Part shown: positions 50,476 through 59,461 of the stretch, in pieces
Layout: every line of letters starts with the position of its first letter
Numbering within the stretch: position 1 is the first letter of the stretch
From: Spirulina sp.
GTDB taxonomy: Bacteria > Cyanobacteriota > Cyanobacteriia > Phormidesmidales > Phormidesmidaceae
Direction of reading: 5' to 3'
Assembly: GCA_044070495.1 (NCBI GenBank)
Contig: JBIPSI010000018.1
Location: 48,120-112,119, forward strand
Length of the DNA stretch: 64,000 bases
Position numbers and translations under genes: made by a program
The notes under the pieces: model-generated
Seen by the model: only the letters and a program-made list of their open reading frames with translations
Told to the model about the DNA's origin: nothing
Databases searched by the model: none

Positions 50476-50690
50476 CTTCTGGTTCAACAGCGACTATGGA
50501 CGGCTAGGCCCCTGTCACTTTTCGGCCAAGCTATACCGTTATTTCGGCAGCGAACTCGGCATAAAAGGTAAATGATCTCCATGGATGAGTTGCCTATTCT
50601 AAGGCCATGGAAAGCAACCGAGCCAAGGCTTAATCAACCAAGGCAAGCTTGAATCGCACTCTACAAAACTCATCCCCTCCGGAGATCACC

Positions 50691-52169
50691 ATGGCTATTA
50701 TCATTGGATCTATCTTCAGCGATGTTGTTGTTGATACCGTGTTCAACGACGCGATCTATACCTACGAAGGAAACGACTATATCTATGGCGGTATTGGTTT
50801 CGATTACATCAATGGTGGATTTGGTCTTGATACGGTAGATTACGGCTTTCTCGGCCTAGGCATTACCCTAGAAGCCGGTGGTTTTGTTAACAAAGGAATT
50901 GCAGGTATCGACGAGTTGTTCTCCGTTGAAAACATCGTTGGCTCCGCCGGTTACATCAATACTATCGACGGCTCAACGGATCTCAGCGGCACCCTGGCAC
51001 TCAACGTTGATCTCTCACTCAATAGCGCAACCTTTACTAGCCTGCTAGGGTTGGGTAGCCAAAGTTTCCTGGTGCAAAACTTCATTGATGTCATTGGCAC
51101 CATCAACGATGACATCATCATTGGAGACTTTCAAAACAACGTCCTGAGCGGATGGGGTGGCGATGATTACATCTTTGGCGGCAGCGGCAACGACTTAATT
51201 TATGGCGGCAGCGGCAATGACACCCTAGACGGTGGTTCGGGTAGCGATGCCCTCTATGGTGGTTCGGGTAGCGACTATATCTACGGCAGCTTCGGCTCTG
51301 ATTTTATCGACGGCGGATCGGGTTTCGACACGGTAGACTACGGTTTCCTCAGCACGGGCATTGTGTTAGATGCTAACGGCTTTATCAATAAGGGTATTGA
51401 AGGTATTGACAGCTTGGTCTCCGTTGAAAAGGTGATCGGTTCTGGCAACTATGTCAACACCATTGATGGCTCCACGGAACTCACTGGCTTAGTTTCACTC
51501 AATGCCAATCTATCTCTCAATACGGTTTCCTTCAATAGCCTCCTGGGCTGGGGTTCCCTAGAGTTTACTGTGCAAAATTTCATCGACGTAATCGGCACTG
51601 TCAACGATGACACCATCCTTGGCGACCTGCAAAACAATATCTTGAGCGGCTGGGGCGGCGATGATTACATCTTTGGTGCGGGCGGCAACGACGTCATTTA
51701 TGGCGGCAGCGGTAACGACACCCTAGATGGTGGATCGGGCAGTGATTCCATCTATGGGGGATCGGGCAACGATGTGCTGTACGGCGGTAGCGGCCATGAC
51801 TATCTCTCTGGCGGTAGCGGCAGCGATCTATTGGTAGGGGAATCGGGTAATGATACCTTGGTCGGCTATGGCTTTGGATTGGCGGAATACGACACCCTTT
51901 CCGGTGGTTCTGGGGCCGATCTATTTGTGCTTGGCGATGCGAGTGGGGTTTACTATCTAGGCGCTGGCTATGCCACCATCACCGATTTTAACTACCTAGA
52001 GGGCGACAAAATTCAGGTGGCGGGCAGCAGCAGCAACTACAGCCTATCCTTCCAAAACTGGTCGGGAGGATTCGCCCTAGATACCCTCATCTATTTCGGC
52101 AGCGACCTGATTGGCGTTGTTCAAGACAATACCAATGTTATTCCCTACTTCGATTTTGTCTCCGCTTAG
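50691..52169 (+). CDS. RTX/hemolysin-type calcium-binding repeat protein
   Basis: Many GGxGxD nonapeptides; 166-aa internal duplication; no signal peptide; ATG after GGAG. Confidence 0.88.
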   Translation: MAIIIGSIFSDVVVDTVFNDAIYTYEGNDYIYGGIGFDYINGGFGLDTVDYGFLGLGITLEAGGFVNKGIAGIDELFSVENIVGSAGYINTIDGSTDLSGTLALNVDLSLNSATFTSLLGLGSQSFLVQNFIDVIGTINDDIIIGDFQNNVLSGWGGDDYIFGGSGNDLIYGGSGNDTLDGGSGSDALYGGSGSDYIYGSFGSDFIDGGSGFDTVDYGFLSTGIVLDANGFINKGIEGIDSLVSVEKVIGSGNYVNTIDGSTELTGLVSLNANLSLNTVSFNSLLGWGSLEFTVQNFIDVIGTVNDDTILGDLQNNILSGWGGDDYIFGAGGNDVIYGGSGNDTLDGGSGSDSIYGGSGNDVLYGGSGHDYLSGGSGSDLLVGESGNDTLVGYGFGLAEYDTLSGGSGADLFVLGDASGVYYLGAGYATITDFNYLEGDKIQVAGSSSNYSLSFQNWSGGFALDTLIYFGSDLIGVVQDNTNVIPYFDFVSA

Positions 52170-52215
52170 TTCAGGCTAGGGGGCTGAGTTTCGCTCCCTC
52201 GACTTCATCACCAAG

Positions 52216-52251
52216 CCCTAGGATTTCAAGGCCGTGGAAATCCTAGGGTTT
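52216..52251 (+). terminator. Hairpin terminator after the RTX gene
   Basis: CCCTAGGATTTC-N9-GAAATCCTAGGG-TTT. Confidence 0.65.
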
Positions 52252-52367
52252 CCTGTTGTTTACGTCCTTGATATTTGGGCTGTCGTGGGATCTATCTGTC
52301 CCTTCGTCTGCCTAGACGATGATAGACACGCGATAGAATAGAGCCAGTTTTACCGCGAGGGTTCCCC

Positions 52368-52994
52368 CTGACTGCTTCTCCTACGTCCTCTGCTGATGCC
52401 ATTGCCCTAGACCAAAGCTGGCGGGGGCAGGTGTTGCCCTGGCTAGAACATCAGATGCCTAAACCCCGGTTGGCCCACAGCCTGCGGGTAGAAGCCATGG
52501 CGGTGGATCTGGCTCAGCACCACGGGTTAGATCCGGTAAAAGCGGCCCAGGCGGGGCTGATGCACGACTTGGCCAAGTATTTCCCAGCCGAGAAACTGCT
52601 GTCTATGGCCCGCGACGCCGGATTAGACATCGACCCCGTGGCGGAGGCTCATCCCCAATTACTCCATGCCGACGTAAGCGCCCTAGTCGCCCAGCACGAC
52701 TTGGGCATTACCGACCCGGAGGTGTTGGCGGCCATTGCCAACCATACTCTAGGGCGTCCGGCCATGTCGCCCCTCAGTTGTGTGGTGTTTTTGGCCGATA
52801 CCCTAGAACCCGGACGCGGTAAAAGCGACGACCTCAAGCGATTGCGACGGCTCAGCTACCGCCACCTGCCCCAGGCCGTCTACCGAACCTGCGACTATAC
52901 CTTCGCCCACTTAATCGAAAAAGCCAAACCCATCCACCCCCGCGCCCTGCACACCCGCAACTGGTTCCTCACCCACCACCGCACCAACCCCTAA
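52368..52994 (+). CDS. yqeK: YqeK HD-domain symmetrical Ap4A hydrolase
   Basis: RLAHSLRV, GLMHDLAK, LLH, AIANHT.G, VFLAD.LEPGR; upstream of rsfS; CTG start at 52368 proposed (GTG 52431 is the alternative). Confidence 0.88.
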   Translation: MTASPTSSADAIALDQSWRGQVLPWLEHQMPKPRLAHSLRVEAMAVDLAQHHGLDPVKAAQAGLMHDLAKYFPAEKLLSMARDAGLDIDPVAEAHPQLLHADVSALVAQHDLGITDPEVLAAIANHTLGRPAMSPLSCVVFLADTLEPGRGKSDDLKRLRRLSYRHLPQAVYRTCDYTFAHLIEKAKPIHPRALHTRNWFLTHHRTNP

Positions 52995-53102
52995 TCTGCC
53001 CCCATGCCCCTTGCCTACCTACACACCCCCTGCTCTGTGTGAGCGCACGGCGGTGCGCCCACACAGAGCCCCCAATCACCAACAACTAATAACGAATAAC
53101 CC

Positions 53103-53540
53103 ATGACCAATCCCCAAAACACCGACACCACCACCCTGCAAGCTTCCGCCGGATTTCCCCCTGTGGAAGAAGATGCTGCCCTGCAATTGGCCTATGCCAT
53201 CGCCGCCGCCGCCGATGAGCGCAAGGGGGGCAACATTACCCTGGTGCAGGTGGGAGATGTGTCGTACCTGGCGGATTACTTTGTGATTGTGACGGGTTTT
53301 TCTACGGTGCAGGTGCGGGCTATTACCCGTTCCATCGAAGCCACCCTGGAGGATGACTATAACCGTCGGCCCCTACGGATGGAGGGACAAATGGAGGGCA
53401 ACTGGATTGTGATGGACTACGGGGAAGTGATTGTCCATGTATTCATGCCGGAAGCCCGCGAATTCTACGACTTAGAAGCTTTTTGGGGCCATGCCAACCA
53501 AATGCTGTACTATCCCCCCACGCCGCCATCCAGCCGTTAA
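53103..53540 (+). CDS. rsfS: Ribosome silencing factor (Iojap)
   Basis: DERKG, ADYFVIVTG, QVRAI, WIVMDYGEVIVHVF..EAREFYDLE.FW. Confidence 0.95.
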   Translation: MTNPQNTDTTTLQASAGFPPVEEDAALQLAYAIAAAADERKGGNITLVQVGDVSYLADYFVIVTGFSTVQVRAITRSIEATLEDDYNRRPLRMEGQMEGNWIVMDYGEVIVHVFMPEAREFYDLEAFWGHANQMLYYPPTPPSSR

Positions 53541-53875
53541 AACGCCATACCTAAGGTTGTGACTCACCTTCCCGACCCTGGAATCGGGCCAAATAGTGCT
53601 AAATAGATATCTGAAGCGAGATATCTGAAGCGATTGAGGTCTTGCCATCCCCATCAATGCTTATTTTTTAGGATAGGCATCTTGCCTATGTAGGCAAGGC
53701 TCCTTGTTTAGGATGTTCCACAATGTCCTGAACGGGGCTGAGGATGGTGATTGATCTTTCTAGCAGTCGGTCTGTTGGGAACAGCGCTAGGGTGGCTTTG
53801 CCGCCAGTTTGGGGGCGTTGCAACCGTGGGTGGTGGTAGTCACAGTTTTACCATTTGAGGAGTCAATCAACGCCT

Positions 53876-55372
53876 ATGAAGCCAAGCTTAGGACTATTTG
53901 CTAGGTCGGTTCTGGCCCAGGTCAGACGTTGGATCGGGTTAAGTACTTGGCTATTGTGGGCTCCCATGACCGGCTATATCCTCTGGCTAAACCAGGGGCA
54001 CACCCTGCTTTTAATCCAAATTGCCCTCTTGCTGGTGGCCGTCGTTGGACTGGTGGTAATCAACGGAGAAACCGCCGTGGTTGCCCTTCAGCGACGATGT
54101 GCGCCCTATCAATCGCGACGGGGGTGGATGCAGCGCTGGCTTTATCCTAGGGCCACTCGGAGGCGTCTGTTGGCGGCTAGCCCGGTGGCTCATTGGGCTG
54201 ATTCCCCAGCACTGCCCGTGGTGTCGGTGGTGATCGCCGCCTACCTGCCCAACGAGCAAGACATCATCGAAGAAACCCTGCTCCATTGGCTTACCCAGGT
54301 CGATAGCCCAGCGGCGGGCTGGGAGGTAATTTTGGCCTACAACACCCCCACCTGGCTGCCCGTAGAGCATCGGCTTCAGCGGTTGGCTCGGCGCTATCCG
54401 GCCCTGGTGCTGCTGCCCGTGGAGGGAAGCCATTCTAAGGCCGAAAACCTCAATGCCGCCCTCGGTATCGTCAAAGGGGCCATGACCTGCATTTTTGATG
54501 CCGATCACCACCCTGCCCCCGACTGTCTACGGCGGGCCTGGGCTTGGCTGGCCACGGGGCAATACGACGGAGTACAGGGGCGCAACATCATCCGCAATGC
54601 TCAAGACAACTGGATCACCCACCTGGTGGCTGTGGAATTTGAATGCACCTACGGCGTTAGCCACTATGGTCGATCCCTGCTGGCGGATACGGCCCTGTTT
54701 GGCGGATCCAATGGCTACTGGCGCACGACGGCCCTGCGGGAACTGGGCTTTTCGGCCACCCGCCTCACCGAAGACATTGATGCCACCGTGCGCGGCCTGC
54801 TGCGGGGGCGTCGCCTCGTCCACGATCCGGCCATCATCACCACCGAACTGGCCCCCAACCAACTGCGGGGCCTATGGCTGCAACGGCAGCGCTGGAGCCA
54901 AGGCTGGCTGGAGGTGGCCGGACTGTATCTCGGTCGGGTGGCCCGATCCCCCCACCTCGACCCGGTTCAAAAGGGCTACTGGCTGCTGATGTTGCTGTTT
55001 AGCCAGGGCTTTTATCTGCTGGTGTGGCAGGTGGTGCCGATGATGTTCAGCATCCACCTCAGCATCTCAGATCGAGACGTGGTGTTTGAAAACCTCAATC
55101 TGGCCATGATGGGCCTGCTGGCCCTCAGCACCCTGCTTCAGGTAGCCCTCGCCATGCGCTTCCGGCCCGCCTCTTCCAGCTACTCCCGCCGCCATGGTCT
55201 GTTCTACTGTCTGCTGTCCCCCGTTTATTTTTGGTTCAAGGTCGCCATTGGCATGGTGGCGCTCTATAACCACCTCTGCGGCAGCCGGGTGTGGCATGTC
55301 ACCGCCCGCACCCCCCGTCGCCCCGTCAAATGGTCGCCAAATCAATCCCCTGCCCCGGTGAAAACCCGATAG
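53876..55372 (+). CDS. Processive family 2 glycosyltransferase (cellulose-synthase-like)
   Basis: KAENLN, FDAD, TED and QRQRW (D,D,D,QxxRW) with flanking TM helices. Confidence 0.88.
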   Translation: MKPSLGLFARSVLAQVRRWIGLSTWLLWAPMTGYILWLNQGHTLLLIQIALLLVAVVGLVVINGETAVVALQRRCAPYQSRRGWMQRWLYPRATRRRLLAASPVAHWADSPALPVVSVVIAAYLPNEQDIIEETLLHWLTQVDSPAAGWEVILAYNTPTWLPVEHRLQRLARRYPALVLLPVEGSHSKAENLNAALGIVKGAMTCIFDADHHPAPDCLRRAWAWLATGQYDGVQGRNIIRNAQDNWITHLVAVEFECTYGVSHYGRSLLADTALFGGSNGYWRTTALRELGFSATRLTEDIDATVRGLLRGRRLVHDPAIITTELAPNQLRGLWLQRQRWSQGWLEVAGLYLGRVARSPHLDPVQKGYWLLMLLFSQGFYLLVWQVVPMMFSIHLSISDRDVVFENLNLAMMGLLALSTLLQVALAMRFRPASSSYSRRHGLFYCLLSPVYFWFKVAIGMVALYNHLCGSRVWHVTARTPRRPVKWSPNQSPAPVKTR

Positions 55373-55454
55373 CCGGACGTGCTTGAGCCGTTGTATCAAC
55401 TATTCAACGGTTTAACCACTATTCAATTAAATAGTACGGTCAGTGATGCCTTGG

Positions 55455-55790
55455 CTAGGCAGCCCCATAGGTGGTGTAGGGGCGCTTGTAGGGAGGCTGC
55501 AAGCCTAAAATAATATCTTCCCTGGGCACGCCTAGCGCGACTAGATCTTCGGCGGGGTTTTGGTCAGTGAGGTTTTGCTGAAGCCAGATTTTTCCGTCTT
55601 GGATATCGAAGTGGACAACACAGCGATACACTCGATGCAACTGTTGCCAGCCCACATTCATCCATTGGTAGTGGTCTCGATCAGTATCAAAAATAAGCTG
55701 TACCTCAACGCCTTCAGGCACTACGTCATCTTGGGCATATTGGCTGAGTAGTGTCTGAATATATTTTCGGTATTGGCTTACCTTATCCAT
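55455..55790 (-). CDS. xisI: XisI family protein
   Basis: IFDTDRDHYQ..VGW, HFDIQDGKIWLQQN.T, LVALGVP.EDIILG..PP..R. Confidence 0.93.
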   Translation of the reverse strand: MDKVSQYRKYIQTLLSQYAQDDVVPEGVEVQLIFDTDRDHYQWMNVGWQQLHRVYRCVVHFDIQDGKIWLQQNLTDQNPAEDLVALGVPREDIILGLQPPYKRPYTTYGAA

Positions 55791-56193
55791 TGCAAAATCA
55801 CCTCATTCATTGGGTCGTAGACGATGAGCAGAACTTGATACCGTTGCACGGCAGTCTGCGTAAATTCGTATTGAAAAAGGTGTCATACACATCTAGGGGA
55901 ACAGCTAGGTACAAGTTCCGCGCTGGCTCAACCGACTCCAGGGCAAGACGATAACTGAGAAATTGCCCCAAGGCCGCATAAAAGTCTGTAATTGCAGAAG
56001 GATTTAAAAAACTCTTAATTTCAACCGCTATCTTTTCATCAGCCCTTTCTGCCGCCAATAACCGCTCGGCACCTAGGTCTACCTGAAAGTTAACGTTGCC
56101 AAACTTAAACCTGAGTGGGTCATCCGTGATCACCCACTGCTCTTTTTGTAGCGCTCGTTTCACGGTCTCATGGAAAAGATCCTTGGCAGACAC
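55778..56193 (-). pseudogene. xisH: XisH family protein, frameshifted near its 3' end
   Basis: MSAKDLFH..VK.AL.K..W.IT.DP, DLGAE, IAVEIKSF, ALGQF..YR; the typical tail (QYEF...LIVYDP..EVI.QWIR*) continues in the -1 frame after the A5 run at 55874-55878. Confidence 0.8.
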
Positions 56194-56348
56194 AGGCTGT
56201 TGGACAACGCTGCCCTTTTATCATACTTATCGTGGGCCGTTGATGGGCGGCATTTCTAGGACTGAATAGCCCTCAACGATCCGCCTTAAACCTAGCCCCA
56301 AGCATGGTGGCGGTGGGGCCAGGGCTGCGGTGGAGGTGCTTGGCGGGT

Positions 56349-56381
56349 AGAACCCAGGGTTTTTGAAAAACCCTGGGTTCT
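56349..56381. terminator. Perfect 16-bp-arm palindrome downstream of flv3 (terminator or REP-like)
   Basis: AGAACCCAGGGTTTTT-G-AAAAACCCTGGGTTCT. Confidence 0.6.
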
Positions 56382-56400
56382 GAATACCTAGGGTCAAACC

Positions 56401-58131
56401 CTAGTAGTAGTTGCCCACCTTGCGATGGTGAACCGCCGTGAGGCCGTCGGGGTGAGAGACTTTGCCGTCCTGCACCGTGCAGTAGACGATCCAGTGGTCG
56501 CTCACCTCCATGCGGCTGGTGACTTCGCATTCTAGGTAGGCCAGGGCATCGGCCAGAATGGGGGAACCATTGGTGGCGGGGCGGGTGCGAATGCCAGCGA
56601 AACGGTCGGCACCGGGGGCGAAGCGCTTCAGGAAGTGCTTCATCAGCGGTAGGTGCTTGCCTTCTTCGAGGACGTTGAGCACCAAGGTATCGCCCACCTG
56701 CATCAGGGATTCGATGGCCCGATCCTTCGCCACCGCCACCGTAAAGCCGAGGGGTTGGAAGCTGGCCTGGGTCACCCAGGAGGCCAGCATGGCGCTGGAA
56801 ACCTCACCCTTTTTGGCGGTGATGATATAGAGGCCGCTGCTGATTCGGCCTAGGGCTTTTTCAAGATCGGCATCCAGGGATTTGATCTTTTTCATCTTGC
56901 CCGCCTGGGCCAGGGCCTGGCCGAGGTCGGTGCCCATTTCTTCGCAGCGCTGGTAGAGGGTTTCGCTGGGGGTGTCTTTGACGCGCAGGGGGGCAAAGGC
57001 GGCAGCCAGTTCCAGGTCTTGGAACTTGTTGGCCAGGGGGTCGATGGGTTCATCGTTGCCGCCATAGGACTCGAATAGCCCCACGGTTTGTTTGTTGTTC
57101 ACGGCGGCGAGGATAGTGCCCAGGGTGGCCTGGGTTTCGTTGGCGATGGGGCCAGAGGCCGGGGGCAGACCAATCACCAGCCCCTTGGCACGGCTGACCA
57201 GTTCGGTGACCTCCTGGGGGTCGGCGGAGCGCATATCCATCATTTCCACCGCTACGCTGGTTTTGGTGATGCCCCGTGCTAGGGCTTGGGAGAGGCGGTC
57301 GCTGTAGCCGTAGTCCGACACGTAGAACACCGCCACTAGGTCTTCAGCCTTGGTTTTCTCCTGGCTCCAGCGCTGGTAGCGCCCGGTGAGTTCAGCGACG
57401 TTGTAGCGCAGCAGGGGGCCGTGGCCGGTGGCGATCATGGTGATCGGGGGCAGGGCGGCCATCCGCTTCATGGCCGCCAGCACCGAGCGGGCGTTGGGGG
57501 CCATCAGACACTCGTAGTAAAAGCGAAAGTCGGGGGAGAGGATTGCCAGGTCTTCGTCGTAGGTGGCATCGCTGCAAAAGTGCATGCCAAAGGCATCGCA
57601 GGTGAAGAGAATGCCCGTTTTGTGGTCGTAGGTAAAGATGGTGTCGGGCCAGTGCAGGTTGGGAGCGCTGACAAACTCTAGGGTGTGGCCGTTGCCCAAT
57701 TCCAGGGTGTCGCCATTTTTCACGATCAACCGCTCGAAGGGGCGGTGGACTAGGTCTTCCAAAAAAGCAATGGCCACCTTGGCCCCGACGACCGTAGCCT
57801 GGGGGGCCAGTTCTAGCACATCGCGCACTAGGCCGCTGTGGTCGGGTTCGGTGTGGCTAATAACAATGTAGTCGATGGTTTTGGGGTCAATTTCCCCGGT
57901 CAGTGCCTTCAGGTACAACTCCCGAAACTTGGCGTGGGAGGTATCCACCAAGGCGGTCTTTTCGCCGCGAATGATAAAGGAGTTGTAGGTGGTGCCATTT
58001 TGCAGGCCAAACTCAATGTCAAAGCGATCTCGATCCCAGTCGAGGGATCGAATCGTGGTCACGTCTTCAGCGATGGGCTCCACCGCAAGGGTCAAGCGCT
58101 TCTGTTGAGGATTGGCGACGGCGGCAACCAT
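56401..58131 (-). CDS. flv3: Class C flavodiiron protein, Flv3 type
   Basis: RSLDWDRDRFDIEFGLQNGTTYNS, canonical SHTEPDH, LHWPD, CD, GHG ligands; flavodoxin and flavin-reductase domains; HHRKVGNYY end. Confidence 0.88.
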   Translation of the reverse strand: MVAAVANPQQKRLTLAVEPIAEDVTTIRSLDWDRDRFDIEFGLQNGTTYNSFIIRGEKTALVDTSHAKFRELYLKALTGEIDPKTIDYIVISHTEPDHSGLVRDVLELAPQATVVGAKVAIAFLEDLVHRPFERLIVKNGDTLELGNGHTLEFVSAPNLHWPDTIFTYDHKTGILFTCDAFGMHFCSDATYDEDLAILSPDFRFYYECLMAPNARSVLAAMKRMAALPPITMIATGHGPLLRYNVAELTGRYQRWSQEKTKAEDLVAVFYVSDYGYSDRLSQALARGITKTSVAVEMMDMRSADPQEVTELVSRAKGLVIGLPPASGPIANETQATLGTILAAVNNKQTVGLFESYGGNDEPIDPLANKFQDLELAAAFAPLRVKDTPSETLYQRCEEMGTDLGQALAQAGKMKKIKSLDADLEKALGRISSGLYIITAKKGEVSSAMLASWVTQASFQPLGFTVAVAKDRAIESLMQVGDTLVLNVLEEGKHLPLMKHFLKRFAPGADRFAGIRTRPATNGSPILADALAYLECEVTSRMEVSDHWIVYCTVQDGKVSHPDGLTAVHHRKVGNYY

Positions 58132-58512
58132 GGGCCTGTTCTCCCTATCGTGTGGTCAAACAATCGGTACGTTACGAGCGCTAAGGGCAATCCGTTGAAC
58201 TGCCTTCGTCAAAGACCGGATAGCTTCAAAGACTATCCTAATCTCCCACGGCTCCTAGGTTAGCGTAGTTGCCAACGGGCTTAGGGTCTCGCTGCCCATA
58301 GTCCTAGCCAGGAGGCAGATCCCAGTGACAAATCCTAACGTTCCGTGGACTTTAACAACCAGATTGTTTTTAATGTAACTATTCTGACGCAAAACCTGAG
58401 CAGGCAGGGTCAAAATTGCTTATTGCTGCCATGGCGAAATGTAATTTATCGCTATAAGTACCCAATCATTCCGGGTATCCTAGGGGCGCATCCATTCAGT
58501 AAGAAACGTGAG

Positions 58513-59442
58513 ATGCCTAAGCCAGTTTCCCCTTCCCCTCCATCCCCATTACCCACCGGATCCCTCACTCCAGAGCCCACCGCCGATGGTTCGTTTACCC
58601 TGTTTTCCGAAGATTTTGGCGAATGGTTCCACAGCCGCGAAGGGGCCTACACCGAAGCCTACACCACCTATGTCGAGGCCACGAATCTCACTGAGATGGC
58701 CCAGGCCGATGCCCTAACCCTGCTGGATGTCTGCTACGGGTTGGGCTACAACACCGCCGCTGCCCTGGCTACGATTCAGCAGGTGAATCCCCAATGTCAA
58801 GTTCATCTCATTGGCCTGGAACTGGATGGCCGAGTGCCCAAGCAGGCGGTGGCAACGGGGTTGGTGGATCGGTGGTCGCCAGACATTCAGGACATTTTGG
58901 CGCAATTGGCCCACCGGGGACAGGTCAATGGCCCCACCCTACGGGCCGAACTGCGCCTAGGGGATGCCCGTCAGACGATTCAAGCCCTGGCCGAAGCAGG
59001 CTTTCAGGCCGATGTGATCTTTTTTGACCCCTTTTCGCCGCCCCATTGTCCGGAACTGTGGACGGTGGATTTTATTCAGCACGTGGCCCGCTGTCTTGGC
59101 CCCCAGGGCAAGCTCGCGACCTATTCCTGTGCCGCTGCGGTGCGGGCGGCGTTTTTGGAGGTTGGCTTACACCTTGGCCCCATTGCCGCTGCGGGTCGTC
59201 GCTGGCCGGGAACTTTGGCGCAATGGTCGCTCGTTGGCCTTGCGCCACTATCTCAACAGGAGCAAGAACACCTACAAACTCGCGCCGCTGTTCCCTACCG
59301 AGACCCCACCCTACAAGACCGTGCTGACGCCATCCGCCAGCGCCGCCAGCAAGAACAAGCCCTGTCTTCCCTCAAGCCCACCTCCCAGTGGCGGAAACGC
59401 TGGCTGCCTAGCCCAGCCCCTTCCCTATCCTCAGAATGCTGA
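58513..59442 (+). CDS. MnmC N-terminal-like SAM-dependent methyltransferase
   Basis: TADGSFTL.S..FGEWFHS..GA, DVCYGLGYN, GDAR, FFDPFSP...PELWT, LATYS. Confidence 0.85.
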   Translation: MPKPVSPSPPSPLPTGSLTPEPTADGSFTLFSEDFGEWFHSREGAYTEAYTTYVEATNLTEMAQADALTLLDVCYGLGYNTAAALATIQQVNPQCQVHLIGLELDGRVPKQAVATGLVDRWSPDIQDILAQLAHRGQVNGPTLRAELRLGDARQTIQALAEAGFQADVIFFDPFSPPHCPELWTVDFIQHVARCLGPQGKLATYSCAAAVRAAFLEVGLHLGPIAAAGRRWPGTLAQWSLVGLAPLSQQEQEHLQTRAAVPYRDPTLQDRADAIRQRRQQEQALSSLKPTSQWRKRWLPSPAPSLSSEC

Positions 59443-59461
59443 ACCCTATCCCTCTCTGCCT

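Noticed and set aside
55455..56193. fdxN-type excision element implied by xisH/xisI
   Set aside because: No XisF-like recombinase and no interrupted nif gene in the window
58375..58388. NtcA-like GTA-N8-GAC between flv3 and the methyltransferase gene
   Set aside because: Imperfect match in AT-rich DNA with no supporting promoter geometry
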